From Anaeramoeba ignava BMAN (taxonomy: Eukaryota > Protista > Anaeramoebae), in assembly GCA_028826165.1 (NCBI GenBank), contig JAPDFW010000114.1:868001-932000 (forward strand): 64,000 bases of DNA, in the 5' to 3' direction. A program made the translations under genes and the position numbers. The notes beneath the pieces were generated by a model, which saw only the letters and a program-made list of their open reading frames with translations, was not told the DNA's origin and made no database searches. Position 1 is the stretch's first letter; each line of letters starts with the position of its first letter. Below are positions 38,458 to 50,235 of this stretch, piece by piece.

Positions 38458-41400
38458 ATGGAAAATTTAAAAAAGAAACTTCAGGAAATAATTGAAGATA
38501 AATATTTTGTAAATGAAAAAAACAAAATACAAATTGAAATCAATAAGAAAAAAGATACACCTTTGCATATTGTTTGTCAAGAAATTTGCACTTTTTTAGT
38601 TTATTTTTTTATTAAAAATGGAATTGATCCAAACATAAAAAATATAGAAGGAAATTGTCCAATAAATTTTCTTTTTAAATCAATTCAATACAACAATTTT
38701 TTTACGATCCAAAAATTGAGTGTGAAAAAGCAAAACAAGAAAATTAATTCGCATGAATTAAAATTATTGAATCAATCTTTGGACTGTTTGTTTCTATTAG
38801 TTTTTTATGGGGGTTTTCAATCTCTTCATTTGTTTCAAACTTCGTCTCAAATCCAATCAATTCCAAATGAAGAAGTTTATCAATTGTTTATGAAAATTTA
38901 TTTAATTTCAAAAGATTATTCTCCTAGTTTTTGTCAATATTTTTCTGAACAAAAAGTGATTGAAATTCATCAACACATTGAAAATTTGGGAATTGATTTT
39001 GGAAAATTGAAAGAAATTGAATTTTTAATGGTTGGTGCTTTTGGGAAAATATGGAAAGCAATTTATAAAAATCAAATTGTAGTCAAGAAGAAATTTACAA
39101 ATCTTTTGGAAACAAAAGGCATTTTTTTTCTTCGAGAACTTAGTATTTTATTGTAATTTAAAAAAATTTGGAAATATCAACAAATTATAAATTAAACTAA
39201 AAATCCAAAAAAAACTCAAAAAAAAAATTCAAATTGAAAAAAAACTACAAGAAAATTGGATCATCCAAATATCATTAAATTAATTGGGTTTCATATCGAC
39301 ACAAATTTATCGAATAAGGAGAACAGAGAATCTGAATCATGTTTTCTTTTGGAATATGCTGAAAAAGGAGATTTATTCACATGGATGAAAAACGAAGAAA
39401 AAAATAACAAGAAAATTTCCAAAAAATTACTTTTAGAATTTTGCAAACAGATTGCATATGGGATGGAATTTTTACATGAAAATAAAATCGTTCATTGGGA
39501 TTTGAAATGCTCAAATATTTTGTTAACATCGAATAATCAAATCAAAATATGTGATTTTGGGTTATCAAGATTTGTAGGAGATTGTTTTGGAGTTGAACTT
39601 GATTTTCCGATAGAAGATATTGGATATCTTTATTGGCATGCTCCAGAAATTCTTCGAAGAGAAAGTTATTATAATTTTAAATCTGATGTTTATTCCTATG
39701 GTGTTTTATTATGGGAATTGTTTACTGGTTCAGAAGCGAATTTTGAATTTGAAGTTTTAAAGGATCCTACTTCAAATGATAATATTTTTCAACAAAATGT
39801 TTGGCATCAAAATATTTGGAAACAAAATATTTGGAAAGAAATAATTTCAAAAGAAAAAGAGGATGAAGTAAAAGAAGAAGATGAAAGAGACAAGATTATT
39901 TTAATAGAGGATGATTTAAAAAAAGTGAAAGATTCAAATAAAATTATTTTACTTTCGGAAGATTCTTTACTAGATTTAAAGGAGGAACAAGATATAAATA
40001 AAACTAAATCAACTGATTTCAACAAAGAACAAGATATAAATAAGATTAAATCAACTGATTTCAACAAAGAACAAGATATAAATAAGATCACAACAATTAA
40101 TTTCAACAAAGATAAAGATTCAAATAAAATTAAATCAAATAATTTCAACCAAGAACAAAATTCAAATAAGATTATTCCAATTAATTTCAACAAAGAACAA
40201 GATATAAATAAAATTAAATCAAATAATTTAAACAAAGAACAAAATTCAAATAAAATTAAATCAAATAATAATTCAAATAAAATTATTCCAATTAATGATT
40301 CAAATAAAGAAAAAGATTCAAATAAAATTAAATCAAATAATTTCAACAAAGAACAAGATTCAAATAAAATTATTCCAATTAATGATTCAAATAAAATTAT
40401 TCCAATTAAAGATTTAAACAAAGAACAAGATATAAATAAAATTAAATCAAATAATTTCAACAAAGAACAAGATATAAATAAAATTAAATCAAATAATTTA
40501 AACAAAGAACAAGATTCAAATAAAATTATATCAAATAATTTCAACAAAGAACAAGATTCAAATAAGATTATTCCAATTAAAGATTCAAATAAAATTATTC
40601 CAATTAATGATTCAAATAAAATTATTCCAATTAAAGATTCAAATAAAACTAAATCAATTAATGATTCAAATAAAATTATTCCAATTAATGATTCAAATAA
40701 GATTATTCCAATTAATGATTCAAATAAAATTATTCCAATTAATAATTTAAACAAAGAAAAAGAAAAGAACTCAAAACAAATCATCTTGATAAAAGATATT
40801 TCAAAAAAACAAAATGAATTAGAAAAAATTATTTTATTAGAAGATAATTCCCAAAAAAAAGTTATAGATAAACAAATTGTACCTAAACAAAATATTTGGC
40901 AACAAATTGTTTCAAAACAAAATATTTGGGAACAAAATATCTGGAAAGATAATATTTTACATCAGAATATTTGGAAAGAAAATGTTTGGCAAAATAATTT
41001 TTGGAAAGATAATATCTTACAAAAAAATATTTGGAAACAAAATATTTGGGAAGAAACAATTTCAAAACAACAAAATAATTCCAAAAAAATCATTTCGAAA
41101 AAACAGAATATTTGGCAAAATAATATTTCAAAACAACATAAAATTTCACAAGAAGATGTTTCAAAACAATATAATCTTGAAAAAGAAGGAAAAAACACAA
41201 ATAAACAAAAACTTCCAAAAAATCAACCAAAAAATCAAAATAATTCCAAAAATCAACCTAAAAAACATTTCGTTTCAAATCAAAATATTTGGCAAGAAGA
41301 TATTTCAAAAGAGAATGAATCAATTCAAGAAAATATTTCAAAACAATTTTTATTAAAAGAAAGTAGTTCATTAGAAAATATTTCCAAAAAGATGGATTGG

Positions 41401-41562
41401 ATTGAAAGTGTTACAATTAGAAAAAAAAGACCAAATTTAGATTTAATTCAAAAATATTTTCCAGAAATTGCTTATTTAATTGAAATTTGTTGGGATGATG
41501 ATAAAGAAAAAAGACCAAATTTTACAGAAATTATTATATTTTTGAACAAGATTAAAATATAA
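38458..41562 (+). CDS. Ankyrin-repeat TKL kinase with about 540-aa repeat insertion in the C-lobe
   Basis: DTPLH ankyrin; GAFGKIWK; intron about 39153-39251; HWDLKCSN, DFG, WHAPE, SDVYSYG; RPNL..CWDDDKEKRPNF resumes only at the very end. Confidence 0.85.
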
Positions 41563-42355
41563 ATTTAAATCAAAATCAAAATCAAAATTCAAAATCAAAA
41601 TCAAAATCAAAATCAAAATCAAAATCAAAATCAAAATCAAAATCAAAATCAAAATCAAAATCAAAATGAAAATCAAAATCAAAATCAAAATCAAAATCAA
41701 AATCAAAATCAAAATCAAAATTAAAATTTAAATCAAAATTAAAATCAAAATCAAAATCAAAATTCAAAATCAAAATCAAAATTAAAATCAAAATTAAAAT
41801 CAAAATCAAAATTAAAATCAAAATCAAAATTAAAATCAAAATTAAAATCAAAATTAAAATCAAAATTAAAATCAAAATCAAAATCAAAATCAAAATTAAA
41901 ATTTAAATCAAAATTAAAATTAAAATCAAAATCAAAATCAAAATCAAAATTAAAATTAAAATCAAAATTAAAATCAAAATCAAAATTAAAATCAAAATCA
42001 AAATTAAAATCAAAATCAAAATTAAAATCAAAATTAAAATCAAAATCAAAATCAAAATCAAAATTAAAATTAAAATCAAAATCAAAATTAAAATCAAAAT
42101 CAAAATCAAAATTTAAATCAAAATCAAAATCAAAATTTAAATCAAAATCAAAATCAAAATCAAAATTAAAATCAAAATTAAAATCAAAATCAAAATTTAA
42201 ATCAAAATCAAAATCAAAATCAAAATTAAAATCAAAATCAAAATCAAAATTAAAATCAAAATCAAAATTAAAATCAAAATCAAAATTTAAATCAAAATCA
42301 AAATCAAAATCAAAATCAAAATCAAAATTAAAATTAAAATCAAAATCAAAATCAA
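41563..42355. repeat. Intergenic (CAAAAT/TAAAAT)n microsatellite
   Basis: About 790 bp hexamer array directly after the kinase stop. Confidence 0.95.
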
Positions 42356-42460
42356 TTCCTAATATAAATATAAAATAAGAAAGAAAGAAAGAAAGAAAAA
42401 AATTTTTTTTTTCATTTTAATTTTTCATTTTTTTCAATTTAATTAAATTTAATTAATTTA

Positions 42461-45437
42461 ATGTTATCAAACAAAACAACAGTATTTACAAAAGGATTAC
42501 GTTCAGTTTACACAGGAAAATTATATGAAATTAACAAATTTAAATATATATGTGAAACAGAAGAAGAAAAAAGTGTAATTGATGTAGTTTATGATTTTGA
42601 GAAAATAAAAGCACATATTGAAACAGAAGGATGGCCTTTAAATAATCCTGGAATTTGGAAATATGCACCACTTCTTCCACTTCCTTTGGAAAGAACTGAT
42701 TGTTTTTCTCCTTTAATTGTTGGTGATACTCCTTTATATAAAATCAATCATTCAATAAATGGTTTCAATAATGTTTTTGTTAAAGACGAAGGAAGAAATC
42801 CTACTGCTAGTCTTAAAGACAGAGCAAGTGCAGTAGTTGTTTCTATGGCATTGTTTCAAAATGAAAAAGTTATTACAACTGCTTCAACTGGTTATTTATT
42901 CTTTTTATTTTTTCTTTCATTTCAAATCAATTTTTTTTAATTTATTTTTTTCATTTAAATTTTTCATTTAATTTTTAGGAAATGCTGCTGCTGCTTTATG
43001 TGGTAATATTTTAATTGGGAATTGATTTATTATCAAAAACGAATTGATTTAAATTGAAAAGAATATTTATTCAATTTTATTAAATTTATTACAATAATTT
43101 AAATTTTCATTTTAAAAGGAATTGCAGCACCAATTAAATCTCTTGAGAAAATAATATTTGTTCCAAAAAGAATTCCTCAAGCTAAATTAGCACAATTATT
43201 AGTTTATGGAGCAAAAGTATTTCTTGTTGATGGATCTTATGTAGACACTTCTTTAAATCAATTTATTTCAATTTATTTCACATTTATTTCAATTTATTTC
43301 AAATTTATTTCAATTTATTTCAATTTATTTCAATTTATTTCAAATTTAAATTTATTCCAAATTTATTCCACATTTATTTCACATTTATTTCAATTTATTT
43401 CAATTTATTTCAATTTATTTCAATTTATTTCAATTTATTTCAATTTATTTCAAATTTATTTCAATTTATTTCAATTTTATTTCAATTTATTTCAATTTAT
43501 TTCAATTTATTTAAATTTTTTTCATTTTATATCAATTTATTTCAATTTATTTCAATTTATTCCACATTTATTTCAATTTATTTCAATTTATTCCACATTT
43601 ATTTCAATTTATTCCACATTTATATCAATTTATTCCAATTTCTTTCAATTTATTTCAATTTATTTCAATTTAGTTTCAATTTATTCCAATTTATTTCAAT
43701 TTAAATCAATTTTATTTCAATTTATATCAATTTATTTCATATTTATTTCACATTTATTTCAATTTATATCACTTTATTTCAATTTATTTCAATTTATTTC
43801 AATTTATTTCAATTTATTTCAAATTATTTCAAATTATTTCAATTTATTTCAATTTATTTCAATTTATTTCAATTTATTTCACTTTATTCCAATTTATTTC
43901 AATTTAAATCAATTTTATTTCAATTTATATCAATTTATTTCATATTTATTTCACATTTATTTCAATTTATATCAATTTATTTCAATTTATTTCACTTTAT
44001 TCCAATTTATTTCAATTTATTTCAAATTTAAATCAATTTATTTCAAATTTATTTCAATTTATTTCAAATTTATTTCAATTTATTTCAAATTTATTTCAAT
44101 TTATTTCAAATTTATTTCAATTTATTTCAATTTATTTCAATTTATTCCAAATTTATTTCAAATTTATTCCAAATTTATTTCACATTTATTTCAATTTATT
44201 TCAAATTTATTTCAATTTATTTCAATTTATTTCAATTTATTTCAATTTAAATCAATTTATTTCAATTTATTTCACTTTATTCCAATTTATTTCAATTTAT
44301 TTCAAATTTAAATCAATTTATTTCAAATTTATTTCAATTTATTTCAAATTTATTTCAATTTATTTCAAATTTATTTCAATTTATTTCAAATTTATTTCAA
44401 TTTATTTCAATTTATTTCAATTTATTCCAAATTTATTTCAAATTTATTCCAAATTTATTTCAAATTTATTCCAAATTTATTTCAATTTATTTAAATTTAT
44501 TTAAATTTTAAAAAAGGATGATGCTTATGATTTATGTGAAAAAGCAACAAAGAAATTTGGATGGTATTCAAGATCAACAGCATATAATTATTTCACAATA
44601 GAAGGGAAAAAAACAGTTTCTTTTGAAATTTGCAATCAATTAGCTCAATTATTAAAATTAAAACCAAAAGAGAATCAAAAAGGAAATTTACAATTTGAAG
44701 CACCAGATTGTATTTTTGTTAGTGTTGGAGATGGAAATATTATTTCTGGTGTTCATAAAGGATTAAAAGAATTATTTGAATTAAAATTAATTGAAAAAAT
44801 TCCAAAAATTGTTGGAGTTCAAGCAGAAAAAAGTAATTATATTTACAATCTTTGGAAAAATCAAAAGGAACGTTCTCAAGAACAATATGAATCAACAGAT
44901 ACAATTGCAGATTCTATTTCTGCTTGTTATCCAAGGTTTAATTCATTTTCATCTAGAAATTAAATTTCAAATTTTTGATTCAAAAAAAATATTTAAAAAA
45001 AAAATATTTAAACATGAAATTTAGAGATCAAACAAGAGCAGTTAGAGCTGCAAAAGAAACTAATGGTTTATATATAACAGTTTCAGATGAAGAGATTGTT
45101 AAAGCAATTCCACATTTAGCACAATGTTCTGGAGTTTTTCCTGAACCAGCAGCTGGTATAAATATATTTTTTAATTAATAAAAATATTTTAAATATAAAA
45201 TATAAAATTAAAACAAAATCAAATAAATATTTCTTTATTAATTTAGCTGCTGGTTGGGCTGGTTTTTTAAAATTTACACAAGATGAAAAATATCAAAATT
45301 TCTTGAAAAAGGATGATAAAATTGTTATAATTTCAACTGGAAATGGTTTAAAAGATATTAATACAGCAAAAATGTCAGTTGAAAATAAAGAACCACCACT
45401 TATTAAATCACTTGAAGATATTGAGAAATTTCAATAA
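42461..45437 (+). CDS. thrC: Threonine synthase family PLP fold-II enzyme
   Basis: GIWKYAPLLP, GDTPL, KDEGRNPTASLKDR, ASTG|NAAAAL, EGKKTVSFEI, SVGDGNII, PEPAA|AAGWAG, STGNGLKD; six exons. Confidence 0.88.
43255..44500. repeat. Intronic 10-bp minisatellite (AATTTATTTC)n
   Basis: Fills intron 43241-44516 of the threonine synthase gene. Confidence 0.93.
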
Positions 45438-45582
45438 ACGATCCAAAAAATAAATCAATTAAAAAAATCAATTAAATCAAATAAATCAATAAAAAATTCA
45501 ATTATTTTTGATTTATTTTACGTAAGAAAAAAAGGGTAAAAAAAGTGGAAAAGAAAAAGGGTAAAAAAAGTGGAAAAGAAAA

Positions 45583-48500
45583 TTAAAAATTTCGAATAAT
45601 TTTCCATTGGAAAATAGACATATCAGCTCCACCAACAGAAATAACATGAGAATCAGAAAGACAACGAACAGAAGGAATATCAGAAGAATGACCAAGATAA
45701 ACTTGAAATTTATCAGGATTAACAAGAGGATAAGAATAAACTTTTAATTGAGGAGTGACATTATTAGTAGCAACTAAACAACACATTGTTGAATCAAAAT
45801 GTTTTTCACGATGTAATTTTTCAACAATTTCGCACTCATCTGTAAGCCAATTAATTTGAGTGTAATTTTGGCTTGAAACTTTTCCTCTATCATTTAAAAA
45901 AACAGTAGTTTGCTTGCCATCAGTTGCACGAACTTCATCTGAGTTTATTGACCAATCAAAAGCACTAACAGCACCAGAAATCTTTGTTTGCCATGATTTC
46001 CTGAAACGACTTTGTGAGCGATAGTTTGCAATTATCCCATCAGAAAATCCAATTACTAAAGATTGTGAATCTGAAGAAAATTTCATAGCTGTCAATAAAC
46101 TTGTTATATCTTTTCGATTTGCTATTGGTTTCAGATCTGAATCTACAACAACAAATCCTCCATCTCGTAATCCAATCGCAATCATCTCCCCATTTGGTGA
46201 ATATGTTACTGATCTTGGTTGTCCGTTGATTGTCATTTTGGTGAGCATTTCGTGAGTGAATCCACTCCAACATAACATTGTTCTATCGTCACCTACAGAA
46301 ACGAATTCTTGTCTTTTTGGGTGGGTAGCTATTCCCCAAACTTCATCTCCATGAGACTTTAATTTTTGATTTAATTTAAAATTTGATTTAAATTTTGAAT
46401 TAATTTTTGGATTGAATTGATTTAAAATTGATATAAAATTGATTTAAATTTGATTTAAAATTGATTTAAATTTGATTTAAAATTGATATAAAATTGATTT
46501 AAATTTGATATAAATTTGATTTAGATTTAGATTTAGATTTAGATTTAGATTTAGATTTGATATAAAATTGATTTAAATTTGATTTAAAATTGATTTAAAT
46601 TTGATTTAAATTTGATATAAATTTGATTTAAATTTGATTTAAAATTGATATAAAATTGATTTAATTTTGATTTAAAATTGATTTAAATTTGATTTAAAAT
46701 TGATTTAAATTTGATTTAAATTTGATTTAAAATTGATTTAAATTTGATTTAAATTTGATTTAAAATTGATTTAAATTTGATTTAATTTTGATTTAAAATT
46801 GATTTAAATTTCATTTAAAATTGATATAAATTTGATTTAGATTTAGATTTAGATTTAGATTTAGATTTAGATTTGAATTTAGATTTAGATTTAGATTTAG
46901 ATTTTGATTTAATTTAGATTTAGATTTAGATTTAGATTTAGATTTAGATTTGATTTTGTACAATCATAATTGGTTTTGCAATATTGGTTGATAAATCAAC
47001 TTCCCATATTTGATTTTTGTTTGAACCAGTAATTAATTTTCCATTTTCATTATGTTTTAATGAACGAAGTTGACCAATAACAAGAGAATCAATTTTTGAA
47101 ATTGGTTGAAATTCTTTTTCATCCCAAATTATTATTTTCCCATCTTTTCCTCCTGTAAAGAAAGTTGAAGAATCTGTTGTACAAATTGAAAGAAGAAGAC
47201 CCTAATAAAAAGAATTATTTAATAAATTTTAAAATCAAAATAAAAAAAGATGAATATTTTGTTTAAAATCTACAGTATGAGCTCTAAAAGATTTTTCTAA
47301 AGAATAACTTGAACAATCCCACATATAAACTTCTCCATTTTTAGTTCCTGTTAAAGCTTTATTACTTTTAGTTATTACTAATGATAATAACATTGTTTTT
47401 TGTTTTTCACTAAATTCTCCTTCTTTAAATGATAAATTTTTATTATTTTCTGTAAATTTCCAAAACTTGATATGAGAAATCCCACAAGAAACAAAAGAAG
47501 AAGGATCAATAGGATTTGATTCAATACATAAAACCTAAATTTAATTAAATTTAATTAAATTTTATTTTAATAAAAAAAAAAGTGGAATTTATTTTTTGCT
47601 TTTTTTGCTTTTTTTTACTTTTTGTTCGTTAGTTGAACTTTTTGCAAGCATTTCTTTATTTTCCCAATCCCAAACAGAAATAGGATAAGATTCACTATAA
47701 CAACAAATAAATAACCATTTTCCATCACTTGAAAATGATAATCCAGAAACTCCTTTAGAATCTTCTACATGAAATTTTGATAATAATTTAATATTTACAG
47801 AATCCCAAATACAAATTAAAGGATTTTCTCCATCTTGACCAGTTGCAATATAAGATTTATTAGGATGAATTGCATTACTAAACAATAATAAAGAATATTT
47901 CAAATATAAACAGAAAATTTTCAATATGAATATTATTTGTATTTTGATTAAATCTTTGTTTTGAAAAATTCACCATGAAATTTGAGAAGAATGTGCTAAA
48001 AAAAATCTTTGAGTATTATTTGTGATATTATGTACAATTCCAATTTTTGCAGTAAAATAAACAATTTCACCATTTTCATTATAATGTATATTGTTTCTTG
48101 TTTCGGTTCCTTTGTATCCATAAACAAATTCTAATTCTAATTTGGATGAGCATTTTTGTAAACTTAAATCACTTTCCAAATTATTATGAATTGATGTTTT
48201 AAAATTTGAATCCGATTTATCATCATCACTATTAAAAGTGAATTCTGATTTATTTTCTAAGAAATTTTCATTTTCTCCATTTTCAAAATTTGATTGAATA
48301 ATAGTTGGTGTTTTTGTTTGTGATCTAGATAGTGGACGTATTCCTTTTCCAATTTGAGTTCTTGATCTATTTCTTGTTTCAATTGGAGATTTTGAATCTG
48401 TGTCTATTTTCTCTTCTTCAATTCCAAATTTAATTTCTTGTTTGATTTCCAATTTTTTCATTTGTGAATTTAATGAATTTTCATTTTCATTTTGATTTTT

Positions 48501-50062
48501 TTTTGTATATTTTCTTTTTAATTCTTCAATTCGATTTAAAAAATCATTTTTGGAAGAAAGATCTGAAGAAAATTTTTGAGAATGCTTATGATCTGATTCT
48601 TCAGAATTTGTATATTCCGATTGAGCTTCCGATGTTTTTTTTTGGGTTTATTTGTTTTTAAAATGGAATTTAATTTTTGATTTTCATTTTGATTTTGATT
48701 TTGTTTTTGTTTTGTTAATTTTTCAATTTTATAAGAATGAATATTAGGATCTGTTTTTGAATAAGATTTTGGGATATCTCCTAAATTCATACTCTCTTCT
48801 AAAAGTGCATTTTCTTTTAAAACAGATTGAACTAAATTTTTTACATTCTTTTTGGAAAATTTTTTTTTTGAATTTAAAATTAATCTTTCTTTTTATATAT
48901 AAAAATATAAACCTCTTTTGATCTCATTGCTTGATATTTTTTTGTTAAAATTTGAAATGTAACACTTGCATTAAGTTCTGGAATATCAAAATTTTTTGTT
49001 TGAATTTTATCTAAAGTAATTTTTTCTAATTCAATAATTGATTGTCCAATTTTAGCATCTCTAATTAATAAAACAAACAATTTGTTTTAAATATTTTATT
49101 TGAATTTAATTTAAACTATTTTTATAAATAACAGAATAATAATAATAATTATATTAATATTAATATTTATAATATTAATATACTTTGATTCTTGACGATC
49201 CCAAATTTCAAATTGTAATTTTTGAGGAAAAGCAGAAAAACCAAGATAAAAAGTCTAAAATTTTAATTTAATAAATGAATTTTAATTTTATAAATGAATT
49301 TTAATTTAATTTAATTTAATAAATGAATTTTAATTTTATAAATGAATTTTAATTTAATTTAATTTAATTTTATAAATGAATTTTAATTTAATAAATGAAT
49401 TTTAATTTAATAAATGAATTTAATTTTAATTTTATAAATGAATTTTAATTTTATAAATGAATTTTAATTTAATTTTATAAATGAATTTTAATTTTATAAA
49501 TGAATTTTAATTTAATAAATGAATTTAATTTTAATTTTGTAAATGAATTTAATAAATGAATTTTAATTTAATTTAATTTTGTAAATGAATTTTAATTTTG
49601 TAAATGAATTTTAATTTTATAAATGAATTTTATAAATGAATTTTAATTTAATTTTAATTTTGTAAATGAATTTTAATTTAATTTTGAATTTATAAATGAA
49701 TTTTAATTTCTCACTTCATTCCAAATAGGATCACTGTTGTCAAAAATAATTCGACTTTTAAATCTTGTAGAATTTGGTGGATAAAAAATACAATAACTAT
49801 TTGAAATTGGTAAATTATTTGCTCCAACTAAAGTTAAAACTACCCAATTCATAAACTGTTTTTCAACTACAGATTGTGCTTCATTTGAATTAATTGAATA
49901 TTTTTCTCGAATAAGTCCTCTTGTTTTTGATATTTTTGATGTTTTTGTTTTGATTTTTGTTTTCGATTTTGTTTTTTGATTTTGTTTTTTTTTCAATTCT
50001 TGTTTTCTGGCTTTTCGTTTTTTTTGTTCTTCTTGAAATTTTTTTCTTGATTTACTTGACAT
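45583..50062 (-). CDS. C2 domain plus HELP/WD40 EML (echinoderm microtubule-associated protein-like) protein
   Basis: C2: LTLVGANNLP..FKSRIIFDNSDPIWNE; HELP: LEFVYGYKGTETRNNIHY..GEIVYF; WD40 repeats ending YLGHSS..ISVGGADMSIFQW; one frameshift in an A-run near 48640. Confidence 0.82.
46360..46955. repeat. Intronic (GATTTAAATTT)n / (GATTTA)n repeats
   Basis: Visible arrays in an EML-gene intron. Confidence 0.9.
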
Positions 50063-50235
50063 ATTAATTAATAATTAATAATAAAAATAATAATAAATTT
50101 AAAAACAGAAATTAATTTTAAATAAATTGTAAATGCTAAATGTTTTTTTTTATTTTTAATTTTTAAATAAAAAAAAATGAAAAAAAAATTTTTTTAATTT
50201 TTTTCATTTTTTTCATTTTTTTCTTTTTTATTCTC

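Noticed and set aside
39745-41390. Intein or intron as the explanation for the kinase insertion
   Set aside because: No C/S..HN splicing motifs or homing-endonuclease signature; it is low-complexity and stays in frame
30687-42109. Many ORF-track entries such as ILILIL, NFNFNF, KIKIKI, FDFDFD and antisense hydrophobic ORFs
   Set aside because: Translations of microsatellites or of the reverse strand of real low-complexity genes; no independent coding evidence
46836-46950. (TTTAGA)n as interstitial telomere
   Set aside because: Grades into neighbouring GATTTA/GATTTAAATTT variants of the same intron repeat and lacks a G-run
48630-48650. Programmed -1 frameshift at the A-run in the C2-EML gene
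   Set aside because: A one-base homopolymer error explains it, and similar errors appear at about 35874, 35960, 8150-8400 and 58730-59200; no stimulatory structure seen
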